This document shows, one piece after another, positions 9,024 to 18,478 of a DNA stretch of 64,000 nt (position 1 is its first letter; the number at the start of each line of letters is the position of its first letter). The notes below the pieces were generated by a model. It was not told the DNA's origin, ran no database searches, and saw nothing but the letters and a program-made list of their open reading frames with translations. The stretch covers positions 8,866-72,865 of the forward strand of contig CAZBDU010000014.1 of the NCBI GenBank assembly GCA_964490725.1. Direction: 5' to 3'. Both the position numbers and the translations under genes were made by a program. The DNA is from an uncultured Spirochaetaceae bacterium. Its GTDB lineage: Bacteria; Spirochaetota; Spirochaetia; SZUA-6; DRHE01.

Positions 9024-9557
9024 GTGATTTCCAGTATGAATGATCTGGCAAGAACAACAACAGTGAAGATCAAGGTGAACGGAAGGTGGCATACCTTGAC
9101 CGTCCCGGCTGACAAGAACCTTGCGAAAGTACTGCGGGAAGACCTTCAGCTTACCGGAACAAAACTGAACTGCGAGCAGGGTGAGTGTGGAGTCTGTACG
9201 GTGCTTCTGGATGGCGAAGCCGTCAATTCCTGTTTGGTCCTGGCCGCGGGTATCGACGGGGGAGAAATAATGACAATCGAAGGGTTGGAACAAGAGGGGC
9301 GGCTTGATCCACTTCAACAGGCTTTCATGGAGAGGGATGCTTCGCAGTGCGGTTTCTGCACACCCGGGATGATCATGGCAGCGAAGGCGCTACTGATGCA
9401 CAACGAGAATCCAAGTCGCGAGGAGATCAAGACAGCCCTGGAGGGAAACTACTGCAGGTGTACTGGATATGCAAGCATCGTGGAGGCCGTACAATTGGCG
9501 GCGCGAGCCTACCGTGAGAGGCAAGGGCGGCAGCGCTCGCAGCCGATGCACAGATGA
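9024..9557 (+). CDS. Molybdenum hydroxylase [2Fe-2S] small subunit (CoxS/XdhC-type)
   Basis: NCEQGECGVCTVLLDG and CGFCTPGMIMAA..CRCTGY Fe-S motifs. The start could be GTG 9024 or ATG 9036. Confidence 0.9.
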   Translation: MISSMNDLARTTTVKIKVNGRWHTLTVPADKNLAKVLREDLQLTGTKLNCEQGECGVCTVLLDGEAVNSCLVLAAGIDGGEIMTIEGLEQEGRLDPLQQAFMERDASQCGFCTPGMIMAAKALLMHNENPSREEIKTALEGNYCRCTGYASIVEAVQLAARAYRERQGRQRSQPMHR

Positions 9558-9754
9558 GCCTCTTGCATCCGGGAGGAAGAAAACGGGCAGAATTACAGGT
9601 CTGAGCGTCCCAACGGAGAATGGCGCAAGCGCCACCGCCTGGATTCCTGGTTTCTGCCTTTCCAGTGAAGGTTGCCCAGGCTGCGTCCGGACGGTGCAGG
9701 GCAGCGGCCATAATCGGTGAATGACAACGAATCAACTACATCGGAGGTTCTTAG

Positions 9755-10966
9755 ATGAATCAGGCTTGGAAAACAGAGGATTGGTGGGTGAGCGCTTACA
9801 ACTACATACCAGAAGTCAGAAAGCAGCTGCCCCATCTGCCCGAACGGGTGCGATTTCATGATGTCACTCTCCGGGATGGAGAGCAGACCCCAGGGGTGGT
9901 CTTTCGGAAGGAAGAAAAGGTTCGAATCGCCCGGTTGCAGGATGAGGCCGGGGTGGACCGTATCGAAGTGGCGCTGCCGGCCATATCTGCCGAGGACGTC
10001 GAAGCGGTAAAGGCAGTCATGGCGGTTCGACCCAAAGCTGAGGTTTTTGTCCTGAGCCGGGCTACGGAAAGCGACCTAGATTTGGCCGTGGAATGCGGAG
10101 TGGACGGGATCATACTGGAGGTTCCTCTGGGCACTCCCAGACTAACCTATCAGTTCAAGTCGTGGACGCGGGAGGACGTGCTCAATCGCACCCGTCACGC
10201 TTTGGAATACGCCCGAAAGAAACACCTGCAGATAGTCCTGTTTCCCATGGATTCCACCAGGGCAGAACCGGATTTCTTTGAACGGTACCTCGAGAGTATC
10301 GCCAAGGGCCCGAAACCCGATGCGGTTGCTCTGGTAGACACCACGGGTTGCCTGATCCCTCAGGCGGCGATGCACATGGTGCGTATGATCCGAGATCTGA
10401 CGGGTGCAGTCGCTGAAATCCATACCCACAACGATTTTGGCCTTGGCGTTTCCACCTCGATGGCTGCTGTGGCAGCGGGAGCCGAGGTCGTTCATGCCAG
10501 CGTGGCCGGAATCGGGGAACGTACCGGCAACGCCCCACTGGAGCTGGCGGCGGTGGCGATCAAGACCCTCTATAACCTTGAAATGGGTATCGATCTCTCC
10601 AGACTTGCGGTTCTCGGAAGAGCGGTGGCAGAGATGGCCAGGATCGATATCCCTGCGAGCAAACCGATTATAGGAGAGCTGGCCTTTACCCGGGAATCCG
10701 GGATGGGATTGAACCTCGTCAAAGAGGCGCCTCTCGCTCTGTTTGCCATCCACCCCAGGCTCGTCGGGCGGGAAGCGCAGTACGTGCTGGGCAAGAAAAG
10801 CGGTGTTGCGTCGGTGGAAATGAAGTTGAAGGACCTGGGTCTGGCGGAACTGTCCGACGAACAGAAAATGGAAGTGGTACAGCGGGTCAAGAAGACAGGC
10901 ATTGAGAAGAAGGGCCTTGTTACGGACGAGGAGTTTCGCAAGATCGTCGATGAGGTGAGGGGATAG
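9755..10966 (+). CDS. DRE-TIM metallolyase (homocitrate / isopropylmalate / citramalate synthase-like, HMGL-like domain)
   Basis: FHDVTLRDGEQTPGV...EIHTHNDFGLGVSTSMAAVAAGA..GIGERTGNAPLE. Confidence 0.8.
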   Translation: MNQAWKTEDWWVSAYNYIPEVRKQLPHLPERVRFHDVTLRDGEQTPGVVFRKEEKVRIARLQDEAGVDRIEVALPAISAEDVEAVKAVMAVRPKAEVFVLSRATESDLDLAVECGVDGIILEVPLGTPRLTYQFKSWTREDVLNRTRHALEYARKKHLQIVLFPMDSTRAEPDFFERYLESIAKGPKPDAVALVDTTGCLIPQAAMHMVRMIRDLTGAVAEIHTHNDFGLGVSTSMAAVAAGAEVVHASVAGIGERTGNAPLELAAVAIKTLYNLEMGIDLSRLAVLGRAVAEMARIDIPASKPIIGELAFTRESGMGLNLVKEAPLALFAIHPRLVGREAQYVLGKKSGVASVEMKLKDLGLAELSDEQKMEVVQRVKKTGIEKKGLVTDEEFRKIVDEVRG

Positions 10967-11009
10967 GTTCTTTCAGGAGAAGATTCTTCGTTCGAACGCG
11001 AGGCAAGAG

Positions 11010-13259
11010 ATGGGCGAAAAGGCGAAAGCGGTCCCGTACTTGCAGAAAGGAAGTAGAGAAAGGGTTACCGGTGCCACCAGGTTCATCGATGATCTGGAGA
11101 TCCCACACGTCCTTCACGGCAAGTTCGTGCGACTGAGCTGCGGCCGAGCCAAAATAAGGCAGATCGATCTCAGTAGAGCCGCGGATATTCCTGGCGTGGT
11201 TCGAATTTTCACCTTTAACGACTTTCCTGAGGGCGTACCGCGTTACGGTCCTCTGGTGATGGACCGGCCGGTCCTGGCGGATGGAATTGCCAAGTACACT
11301 GGGGACCCGGTAGCTCTCGTTGTCGGCGAGAGTGAACAGGATGCCCTGGAGGGAGCCCGTGCGGTCGCAGTTGATTACCAGATGCTGCCGCCAATCCTCA
11401 CCCGGGAAGCCGCTCTCTCCCCAGAGCTTGCCCTTGTTCACGATCCGGAGATGCGACCGGACAGTGTGTGGAAGAATACAAACATCATGGACGAATGGGA
11501 CTACCGATGGGGCAAGGTGGAAGGCAAGGAGCAGGGCTGTGCATTAGTGCTGGAGAACATCTACCGTTCACCCTTCGTCCATCACTTCGCGCTGGAAACC
11601 CACTGTTCAATCGGACTTCCCGACAGCGAAGGGGTCACGGTGCTGAGCGCAGTTCAACACCCTTTTCTGGTCCGCCGGGTCGTGGCCACGATGCTCGGGC
11701 TGCCCCAGTCAAAGGTCCGGGTTCAGTCCATCGATATGGGAGGGGCATTCGGCTGCAAAGGATATCCTCAGCTGGAACCGGCTACGGCTCTCTTCGCCTG
11801 GCTGATGCAAAGGCCGTTGAAGATTCATTTGTCGGCGGAAGAGTCCTTTATCATGGCGCAGCGTGAAGCGGCCTATATTCACATACGTACCGGCTTTGAT
11901 CCTCAAGGGATGATCGTATTTCAGGACATAGAAGCCGATTTCCTTGTAGGAGCCTATGCAGACATAAGTCCGCGGGTGATATCCAAATCCTGTTTGCACG
12001 CGACCGGGCCATACCGAACGCCGAACGCCAGAATCAGGGCCAGAGGGCTTTTCACGACAACACCTCCCACGACGGCTTTTCGAGGTTTTGGAAACACTCA
12101 CACCGTTGCGGCTCTTGAAATCCAGATGAATGAAGCGGCTGCCCGGCTGAATATGGATCCCCTGGAGCTACGGCGGAGAAACATGCGTCGCAGAGGAGAT
12201 CTCATCGTAGCCAGGGAGCTGCCGGTGGACGGGGATTGGGCCGGTGCTCTGCAAATGGCAGCGGACGCTATTGGCTGGCACACGCCAAAACCAGAAGGCC
12301 ACGGGCGTGGGATAGCCTTCGGAATGAAAAGCTCGATACCTGGATCGGCGTCATCTGCCCGGGTGAGCCTGAATGCGGATGCCAGTGCAACCGTATACGT
12401 AGGTACCACTGAAATGGGTCAGGGCACCCGTACGGCCTTGTCCCTGATTGTCAGCAAAGCGCTGGACATGCCTCTGGAGAGGATATCCATCCAGATCGGC
12501 GACACCGGTGTGGTTCCTCATGACACAATCACTGCATCCAGCCGGTCCGTGGTCAATATGGGCAACGCACTGACGGCAGCCTGCGCCAGCATCAAGAAGC
12601 AGCTCAAGACGATCGCAGCTGAAGTTTTCGGTGTGGAAGAGGAACAGGTGAAATTCGAAAGGGGGCAAATCCTTGCGGGCGATCGGGAAATCCCTTTGGC
12701 GACGCTCATGAGAAAGAAGTTTGGCTTGTACAGATCCGAAATCGCAGGAGAGGGTACTTTTCAAGGCAAGAGCGACGCATCTCACCCCCTGGGAGGTCCT
12801 GCGCCCTTTTTCGAGGCTGTGGCCAACGCCGTGGAGCTTCATGTCGACTCGGAAACGGGCCAGGTTGTGCTGGACAAGCTCGTCCACGTAACAGACGTGG
12901 GAAAGGCGATCAATCCAAGACGGGCTTCCGGGGTTGACGAAGGGGGGAACATCATTGGGGTAGGCGTTTCTCTTTCAGAGCAGCTGCTATACGATCGCTC
13001 GGGAGGCATCGTCAACGGCAGCTCTTTGGACTACCGTATTCCCACCGTAGCCGATATTCCCGAACAGATGATCAGTTTGTTTCAGGAGAATCACGATGGG
13101 CCCGGTCCACAGGGTGCAAAAGGTCTGGGGGAGGGAGGCATCCTTGCGGTCGCTCCGGCGATCTGCGGAGCTCTTTTCGACTGCACCGGGATCTTGTTCA
13201 CCGAGATTCCTCTTACCCCGGAGAAGATATGGCGGGCCATGAGCAAACAGGATCGCTAA
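11010..13259 (+). CDS. Molybdopterin-binding large subunit of a xanthine dehydrogenase / aldehyde oxidase-family hydroxylase
   Basis: 749 aa. N-terminal a/b hammerhead (VTGATRFIDDLEIPHVLHG), then GGAFGCKG and TEMGQGTRT motifs. Confidence 0.9.
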   Translation: MGEKAKAVPYLQKGSRERVTGATRFIDDLEIPHVLHGKFVRLSCGRAKIRQIDLSRAADIPGVVRIFTFNDFPEGVPRYGPLVMDRPVLADGIAKYTGDPVALVVGESEQDALEGARAVAVDYQMLPPILTREAALSPELALVHDPEMRPDSVWKNTNIMDEWDYRWGKVEGKEQGCALVLENIYRSPFVHHFALETHCSIGLPDSEGVTVLSAVQHPFLVRRVVATMLGLPQSKVRVQSIDMGGAFGCKGYPQLEPATALFAWLMQRPLKIHLSAEESFIMAQREAAYIHIRTGFDPQGMIVFQDIEADFLVGAYADISPRVISKSCLHATGPYRTPNARIRARGLFTTTPPTTAFRGFGNTHTVAALEIQMNEAAARLNMDPLELRRRNMRRRGDLIVARELPVDGDWAGALQMAADAIGWHTPKPEGHGRGIAFGMKSSIPGSASSARVSLNADASATVYVGTTEMGQGTRTALSLIVSKALDMPLERISIQIGDTGVVPHDTITASSRSVVNMGNALTAACASIKKQLKTIAAEVFGVEEEQVKFERGQILAGDREIPLATLMRKKFGLYRSEIAGEGTFQGKSDASHPLGGPAPFFEAVANAVELHVDSETGQVVLDKLVHVTDVGKAINPRRASGVDEGGNIIGVGVSLSEQLLYDRSGGIVNGSSLDYRIPTVADIPEQMISLFQENHDGPGPQGAKGLGEGGILAVAPAICGALFDCTGILFTEIPLTPEKIWRAMSKQDR

Positions 13260-13441
13260 TGTATGTGTACTTCAATTCCCGAAGCGAAGCGGATTCTGCA
13301 GCAGTAATACAGACCAGGAGGAGGAATGGAATGAACAGGTCGCTGATCTTCGCATTCTCGGGGTGGTGAGGGCCTGCAAATGTGGGAACTTGCCTGGCGA
13401 CAAGTGGAGAAGTCGTACACTACAAAGACAAGGAGGAGACT

Positions 13442-14704
13442 ATGAGTGACGAACTACACCGTATAGAAGAGGCGAATAGTGCCAAAGGCCTCAAGAAAGT
13501 CGCTCTGTTCATGGGCTTGATGGGACCTGCCTGGCTGGCAATTGCACTGAACATCGGCGGTGCAACCGTTACGACATCCGCTGTGCTCGGTTCAAAGACC
13601 GGATTCAAGTTTCTTTGGGCAATGATCCCGGAAATATTCGCCATTTGGGTCATGTGTATCTTGTTTGTAAGGCTTTCAATCGTCACGGGGCTCGGGCCTG
13701 TAGCTGCTGCCCGGAAGTACTTGGGCAAGGCCGCCGGTTGGATCACGGCGGTATCCGTATTTATTGTGAATATCGTATTCCACGCGCTAATGTACGCATT
13801 GATCGGCGCTGCAGTGGCTGCAATATTTGGAGTCGATCCAAGGCTTGCAGCTGCGATCGGATTCGGATTCGTTTTGATCATCGTATTCAGCCCCAGGAAA
13901 GCCAGCTACATAAGGGCTATTGAGACAGTTCTGCGTGTGCTCGTCTGGGTTCTTCTAGCCTCCTTTGTCGTCGTGTTGTTCATGGTCAAGATTGACTGGG
14001 GCGGTTTTCTCCGGGGGTTCATTCCGAGCATGCCGGCAGGATCCGGCGAGGCAATCAGCCTCATAGGCGTATTGGGAGCGGCCATCGCCATTAATGTGCC
14101 GGTGCTGGCCGCTTATGGAGCCACTCAGCGCAAGTGGCGGCATCAATCGCGGCAGTTGAGCGTGTTCGAGCTTACCTACACGAACGTCATTCTGCTTATC
14201 GTGCAATTCGTGATTATCATGGTTTTCGGCTCAACTCTGTTCTTGACGGGCGATGTGCCGGGCGGCGCAATTGGAGCAGCAAAAGCGCTTGAACCCTTCG
14301 CAGGACGGGCATCGGTTTACCTGTTTGGGATCGGACTTCTCGGCGCGGTTTTCACCAGCATGGTATCGCAGGTACTCATTTCCGGTTTTCTCATTTCTGA
14401 CGTGTTTGGCTGGGAAGTGGACGCGAGCTCTACTCGATTCAAGATTTCCGAGCTGGTCGTAACTTTTCTGGGATTCAGCGCTCCCTTATTTGGATGGAAC
14501 GCTTTCTCCATAGTGGTGTATGGGTCTGGCTTCAACATCACCTTCGCGCCGGTTCTGGTAGTCTTCTGGCTTGTCATGGCCAATCGGGACAGCGTGATGT
14601 CCCAGCTGAAGGCTCGACCGTGGTTGAATGTCAGTGTGATCATTGGCACTGCAATAGCTCTTGTTTCGACTGTTCGATACTGGGTCGGAATCTTCGGGGG
14701 GTGA
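13442..14704 (+). CDS. Nramp-related polytopic membrane transporter; the canonical DPGN metal motif is not evident
   Basis: AAGGAGGAG SD and about 11 hydrophobic segments. N-terminus LMGPAWLAIALNIGGATVTT resembles the Nramp family TM1 but with altered residues. Confidence 0.55.
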   Translation: MSDELHRIEEANSAKGLKKVALFMGLMGPAWLAIALNIGGATVTTSAVLGSKTGFKFLWAMIPEIFAIWVMCILFVRLSIVTGLGPVAAARKYLGKAAGWITAVSVFIVNIVFHALMYALIGAAVAAIFGVDPRLAAAIGFGFVLIIVFSPRKASYIRAIETVLRVLVWVLLASFVVVLFMVKIDWGGFLRGFIPSMPAGSGEAISLIGVLGAAIAINVPVLAAYGATQRKWRHQSRQLSVFELTYTNVILLIVQFVIIMVFGSTLFLTGDVPGGAIGAAKALEPFAGRASVYLFGIGLLGAVFTSMVSQVLISGFLISDVFGWEVDASSTRFKISELVVTFLGFSAPLFGWNAFSIVVYGSGFNITFAPVLVVFWLVMANRDSVMSQLKARPWLNVSVIIGTAIALVSTVRYWVGIFGG

Positions 14705-14866
14705 TTGAGCGAACGGCATTCCTCGGAACGGCAATCGACCTCTTTCTGAGAGAGCTTCAAGGCGGGAGGATTCACCGGCATCCTGCCGTCCTCCCGCTTC
14801 ATTGGAGCTCATTCATGTTTGTCCCCTCGAGTTTCCAGACTTTCAGCATAGAAGGAGAAGGAAATA

Positions 14867-16792
14867 ATGTTTGAACACCTGTTCTCCCCGGCAAAGATTG
14901 GAAGCTTGGGAGTGCCCAACCGTCTTGTCGTACCGGCGATGGTACTCAATTACTGTCAGGAGGATGGCTTCCCGACCGAACGCTATCTGGAGTACCACGA
15001 GGCGAAAGCCAAGGGTGGCTGGGGATTGATAATCACTCAGGACTACGCCATCGAGCCGAAAGGAAAGGGCTACACCCACATTCCAGGGCTTTGGGCCGAC
15101 GAACAAATCGAGCCTCATTCCGAGCTTACCCGGAGGGTGCACAGATGCGGCGGGAGGATCGCCGCTCAGATCTATCACGCAGGAAGGCAGACGAATCACG
15201 AGATCATCGGAACCCAGCCGGTGGCGCCTTCACCGATCCCATGTCCGGCCAAGAAGGAGATGCCTCGCGAGCTTGCGATTCTTGAAATAGAGCGCCTGGT
15301 CGAGAGGTTCGGTGACTGTGCCCTGAGAGCAAAAAAGGCAGGATTCGACGCGCTGGAAATCCACGGCGGTCACGGTTATCTGATCGCTCAGTTCCTGTCC
15401 GCCTACTCTAACAAACGCGGAGACAAGTATGGGGGAAACCTCTACAATCGCGCCAGATTCGCACTGGAAGTCATTGCCGATGTCCGGGCCAAGGTGGGGG
15501 AGGACTTTCCATTGATCTTTCGTTTTTCCGGAGACGAGTACATCCCGGGCGGAAGAACCATTGAAGAGACCAAGGCGATTGCCATGATGCTGCAGGAAGC
15601 CGGCGTGGATGCTCTTCACATAACCGCAGGGGTGTACGGGAGCAGGCACACAATTGTACCTCCGGCTCGCATGGCCCACGGCGTGAATGTGCATCTTGCC
15701 GCTTCGGTAAAAGGCGCAGTCTCTGTGCCTGTCATCGCGGTTGGCTGGATCAACGATCCGTTCATAGCCGAGGCGATCGTCGCTTCCGGAGAGGCAGCCT
15801 TCGTGGCCATGGGGAGAGCCTCGTTGGCCGACCCCGAGTTGCCGAACAAGAGCCTGGCGCGCAGGTTCGAGGACATCATCTACTGCATCGGCTGTATGCA
15901 GGGATGTACGGAAAAGATCCGTAAACAAGGAGCTCCCGGCGGCTGCATGCTGAATCCTCGGACCGGCAGAGAGAAAGAGTACACGGTCACGCCTGCCGAG
16001 AAAAGAAAGAGAATATTCATCGCTGGCGGCGGCGTTGCCGGCATGGAAGCCGCCATCGTGGCGGCGCAGCGAGGGCACGAAGTTCACCTTTTTGAGAAAG
16101 AGGAGAAGCTCGGCGGGCAGTTTGCCCATGCAGCTGTTGCGCCAGGAAAAGGCGAGATCGGCAGCTTCATTGCCTGGCAGCAGACACAACTGGGCAAGCT
16201 GGGTGTATCCATTCATCTGGGATCAGAACTTGGTGTTGAAACCGTTCGATCGGGACACCCCGACGCAGTGATCGTGGCAACGGGCAGCAAGCCTGTGGTT
16301 TCTGAAATCCCTGGAGCCGATCTGCCCCATGTTGTCAACGCCGTGGATGTTCTTGCCGGCAAGGTCGCTGTCGGAGAACGGGTGGTTATTGTTGGCGGAG
16401 GGATGGTCGGGTCGGAGACCGCGAATCATCTGGCCAATCACGACAAGAGCGTCACAATTGTCGAGACCCAATCGGAGATCGCCACCGACGAAGAGACCAA
16501 CAGCAGAATACTTCTGCTGAAGGACCTGGAGGAGCGCAGGGTCAACGTCTTGACCGGCGTCTCCGTCAAGAAGTTCCTGAGAGACTATGTAATTGCGGAA
16601 AGGGAAGGAAACGAGCTCAGACTTGGACCAGCGGACAGCGTCGTCCTGGCGCTCGGCTCGAAATCCGACAACCAGGTGTTGAAGGAATTGGAAGGCAGAG
16701 TGCCCGTCCTTCGCTGCATCGGTGATGCTCTGGAGGTACGCAAAGCGCTGGAGGGTATCGAGGAAGGATACAAGGTGGCGCTGGAGATATAG
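14867..16792 (+). CDS. Old-yellow-enzyme family FMN/Fe-S/FAD oxidoreductase (2-enoate or 2,4-dienoyl-CoA reductase-like)
   Basis: OYE TIM-barrel N-terminus (VVPAMV..HGGHGYLIAQFLS), a CIGCMQGC Fe-S motif, and a C-terminal GGGVAGMEAA dinucleotide-binding domain. Confidence 0.85.
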   Translation: MFEHLFSPAKIGSLGVPNRLVVPAMVLNYCQEDGFPTERYLEYHEAKAKGGWGLIITQDYAIEPKGKGYTHIPGLWADEQIEPHSELTRRVHRCGGRIAAQIYHAGRQTNHEIIGTQPVAPSPIPCPAKKEMPRELAILEIERLVERFGDCALRAKKAGFDALEIHGGHGYLIAQFLSAYSNKRGDKYGGNLYNRARFALEVIADVRAKVGEDFPLIFRFSGDEYIPGGRTIEETKAIAMMLQEAGVDALHITAGVYGSRHTIVPPARMAHGVNVHLAASVKGAVSVPVIAVGWINDPFIAEAIVASGEAAFVAMGRASLADPELPNKSLARRFEDIIYCIGCMQGCTEKIRKQGAPGGCMLNPRTGREKEYTVTPAEKRKRIFIAGGGVAGMEAAIVAAQRGHEVHLFEKEEKLGGQFAHAAVAPGKGEIGSFIAWQQTQLGKLGVSIHLGSELGVETVRSGHPDAVIVATGSKPVVSEIPGADLPHVVNAVDVLAGKVAVGERVVIVGGGMVGSETANHLANHDKSVTIVETQSEIATDEETNSRILLLKDLEERRVNVLTGVSVKKFLRDYVIAEREGNELRLGPADSVVLALGSKSDNQVLKELEGRVPVLRCIGDALEVRKALEGIEEGYKVALEI

Positions 16793-16829
16793 CACAAACG
16801 CTTGACTGTTGCTCGGCCCGGGCCGAGGC

Positions 16830-17000
16830 CGTTCCGGCCTTTTCGATCGCAGCCCGCCAGGCCCTCTCCCAATACATCGCTCGGCCCCTCTGTCCCTGAA
16901 GAAAATCGACAGACCTTCTGCCCGGCGCACGGTAACGTTTGGCCTCTGATGCAGCGTGCCGGGCCACCGCCAGGCCGCCATGGGCGGAGGAGCTTCACCT
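16830..17000 (+). pseudogene. Decayed cupredoxin C-terminal fragment, paralog of 6860-6960
   Basis: acgtttggcctctgatgcagcgtgccgggccaccgccaggccgccatggg aligns with acgtttcgcttctggtgcagcgtgccgggccaccgggaggccggaatgga at 6885-6935. The TGG of FWC has become TGA, and at least one indel breaks the ..CSVPGHRQAAMG..EELHL reading frame. Confidence 0.5.
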
Positions 17001-17309
17001 CGCGCTGCGGCCCGGGCTGAGGCAACCGGGGCTGCAGAGGAAGGCAGGGATGGGAGGCGTTTGCCTGCCTGGCACAGGGTCAGTATGTTTGGGTGGATGC
17101 CACGGGGTGGTTTCGGGCGAGGACATCTCTACGGGCTGCCTGCGAGCGATCGGGTCGCCGAGGGCGAATCGCTTGCTGGCGCTCTCGCCGGCGGCCGCGC
17201 TGCCGGGCCAAAGGAGCGCCCAGGGCACGTCCTTCAACCCGGAGGCGGAAAAACCCGCGCCGTCTATCTGCTCGAAGAAAACGGGTGCCGTGCCATCGGC
17301 GCCCCCGCG

Positions 17310-17343
17310 GGATGATCCAGGATAACGGATGATCCAGGATAAC
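17310..17343 (+). repeat. Perfect 17-bp tandem duplication (GGATGATCCAGGATAAC x2) directly upstream of an SD
   Basis: Read directly. It is followed by GAAGGAG and then GTG at 17358. Confidence 0.9.
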
Positions 17344-17357
17344 GAAGGAGCTCTACA

Positions 17358-17936
17358 GTGAAGACGAGAAGGTTTCTGACGGTCGCGGTGTCTGCGGCGG
17401 CTCTGGCCTTGATTGCCGCCGCCTCTGGCTGGTCGCAGTCCTCCGGGGAGGAGCACGCTGCCTCCGTCGAGACGGTCATGGCCGAGATCAGACAGCAGCT
17501 CGACCTGGGCCCGAACGATCGAGTAGACCCGGCGAAGGTCCCGGACGATCTGCTGGAGCAGCTGGGAGAGGCGGTCATGAGCGTGATGGTCCCGAACGAG
17601 CGGCAGCACGAGTTCATGGACCGGATGATGGGCGGAGAGGGTTCCGCGAGCCTGGCCGCCGCGCACCGGTGGATGGGCTACCGGTACCTGACAGGCGGGT
17701 ACGCTGCCGCAGGAGGCGGGGCCTACGGCGGGATGATGGGCTCCGGCATGATGGGAGGCGGCTACGCAGGCCGGTGGGGCATGATGGGTGACCCTGAAGC
17801 TCCCTATGGCTCGATTCCCTATAGTTCGCCCGAGCAGATCGTCAAGCGCAGGTACGCCGAGGACCAGATCACCCGCGAGCAGTACCAGCAGATGATGAAG
17901 GACCTGCAGGAGGCCCCGCAGGCCGGCGGGCAGTGA
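17358..17936 (+). CDS. Secreted Met/Gly-rich protein with a C-terminal SHOCT domain
   Basis: Signal peptide MKTRRFLTVAVSAAALALIAAASG. Contains MDRMMGGEG..GGMMGSGMMGGGYAGRWGMMG. C-terminus EQIVKRRYAEDQITREQYQQMMKDL is SHOCT-like. Confidence 0.7.
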   Translation: MKTRRFLTVAVSAAALALIAAASGWSQSSGEEHAASVETVMAEIRQQLDLGPNDRVDPAKVPDDLLEQLGEAVMSVMVPNERQHEFMDRMMGGEGSASLAAAHRWMGYRYLTGGYAAAGGGAYGGMMGSGMMGGGYAGRWGMMGDPEAPYGSIPYSSPEQIVKRRYAEDQITREQYQQMMKDLQEAPQAGGQ

Positions 17937-18034
17937 CAATCCGCGCGGCCGGGCGGTCCGAGAAGCCGCCGCCGGCGAAGAACGACAGGATGTTCCAGGG
18001 AAGCCGCCCGACTTTGAGGAGGTTCAGTCATGCA

Positions 18035-18376
18035 ATGGAGAGACCCCTCCGCGCCGAGGGGGCGCTGCGGGTGATTGTCCGCCGCGCTCCCTCACCGGGC
18101 CAGGTGGTGCTGGCCGGCGTGGGGGGCTCCGAGGAAGCAATGCGGCAGATTCTTGACCCGGACAGCCCCTGGAAGGCGGAGGTGGGGCTGGCGATCAAGG
18201 CGGCCGCGGAAAAGTCCTACGAGGTGCTGAACCAGATGATTGGGAAGGAGGTTCCTTTGAGGACCCGGCAGGAGTTCCTCGTGCGCTCTCCGGTTTTCCT
18301 CCAGCCCTCCCTGGAGCAGGTCCGGCGCTACCTGGAGGAGAACCACGGGATCAGGGAGTTCAAGGTGAAGCAGTAG
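18035..18376 (+). CDS. Hypothetical protein (113 aa, no Cys)
   Basis: GAGGAGG SD before ATG 18035. Composition is protein-like (..AIKAAAEKSYEVLNQMIGKEV..LEQVRRYLEENHGIREFKVKQ). I do not recognise a family. Confidence 0.5.
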   Translation: MERPLRAEGALRVIVRRAPSPGQVVLAGVGGSEEAMRQILDPDSPWKAEVGLAIKAAAEKSYEVLNQMIGKEVPLRTRQEFLVRSPVFLQPSLEQVRRYLEENHGIREFKVKQ

Positions 18377-18393
18377 GCGCGGTCGCCCGCGGT

Positions 18394-18456
18394 TTGTCCT
18401 GTCGCTCCAGCGGCAGTATGTTCGTGACATCTGGTTGTACCCCAGGGGGGTGGGGT
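18394..18456 (+). promoter_or_regulatory. Promoter (TTGTCC-N17-TATGTT) plus operator copy S1 TACCCCAGGGGGGTGGGGT (18438-18456)
   Basis: Read directly. The operator lies 15 nt after the -10 box and 22 nt before ATG 18479. Confidence 0.65.
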
Positions 18457-18478
18457 GATGGTTGAATGGAGGGTAGGT

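Noticed and set aside
7145-16800. The low-G+C block as a prophage, ICE, transposon or integron.
   Set aside because: I saw no integrase, transposase, recombinase, phage structural gene, tRNA target, attC-like repeat or flanking direct or inverted repeat. Only compositional and gene-content evidence points to foreign origin.
16995-17939. 314-aa minus-strand ORF. Its 3' third (about 16995-17300) has high third-position G+C and reads protein-like (..APVFFEQIDGAGFSASGLKDVPWALLWPGS..).
   Set aside because: There is no usable start codon or SD near 17300, and the upstream two thirds are antisense to the well-supported SHOCT gene. It may be another decayed gene fragment next to the island edge, but I cannot support it as a gene.
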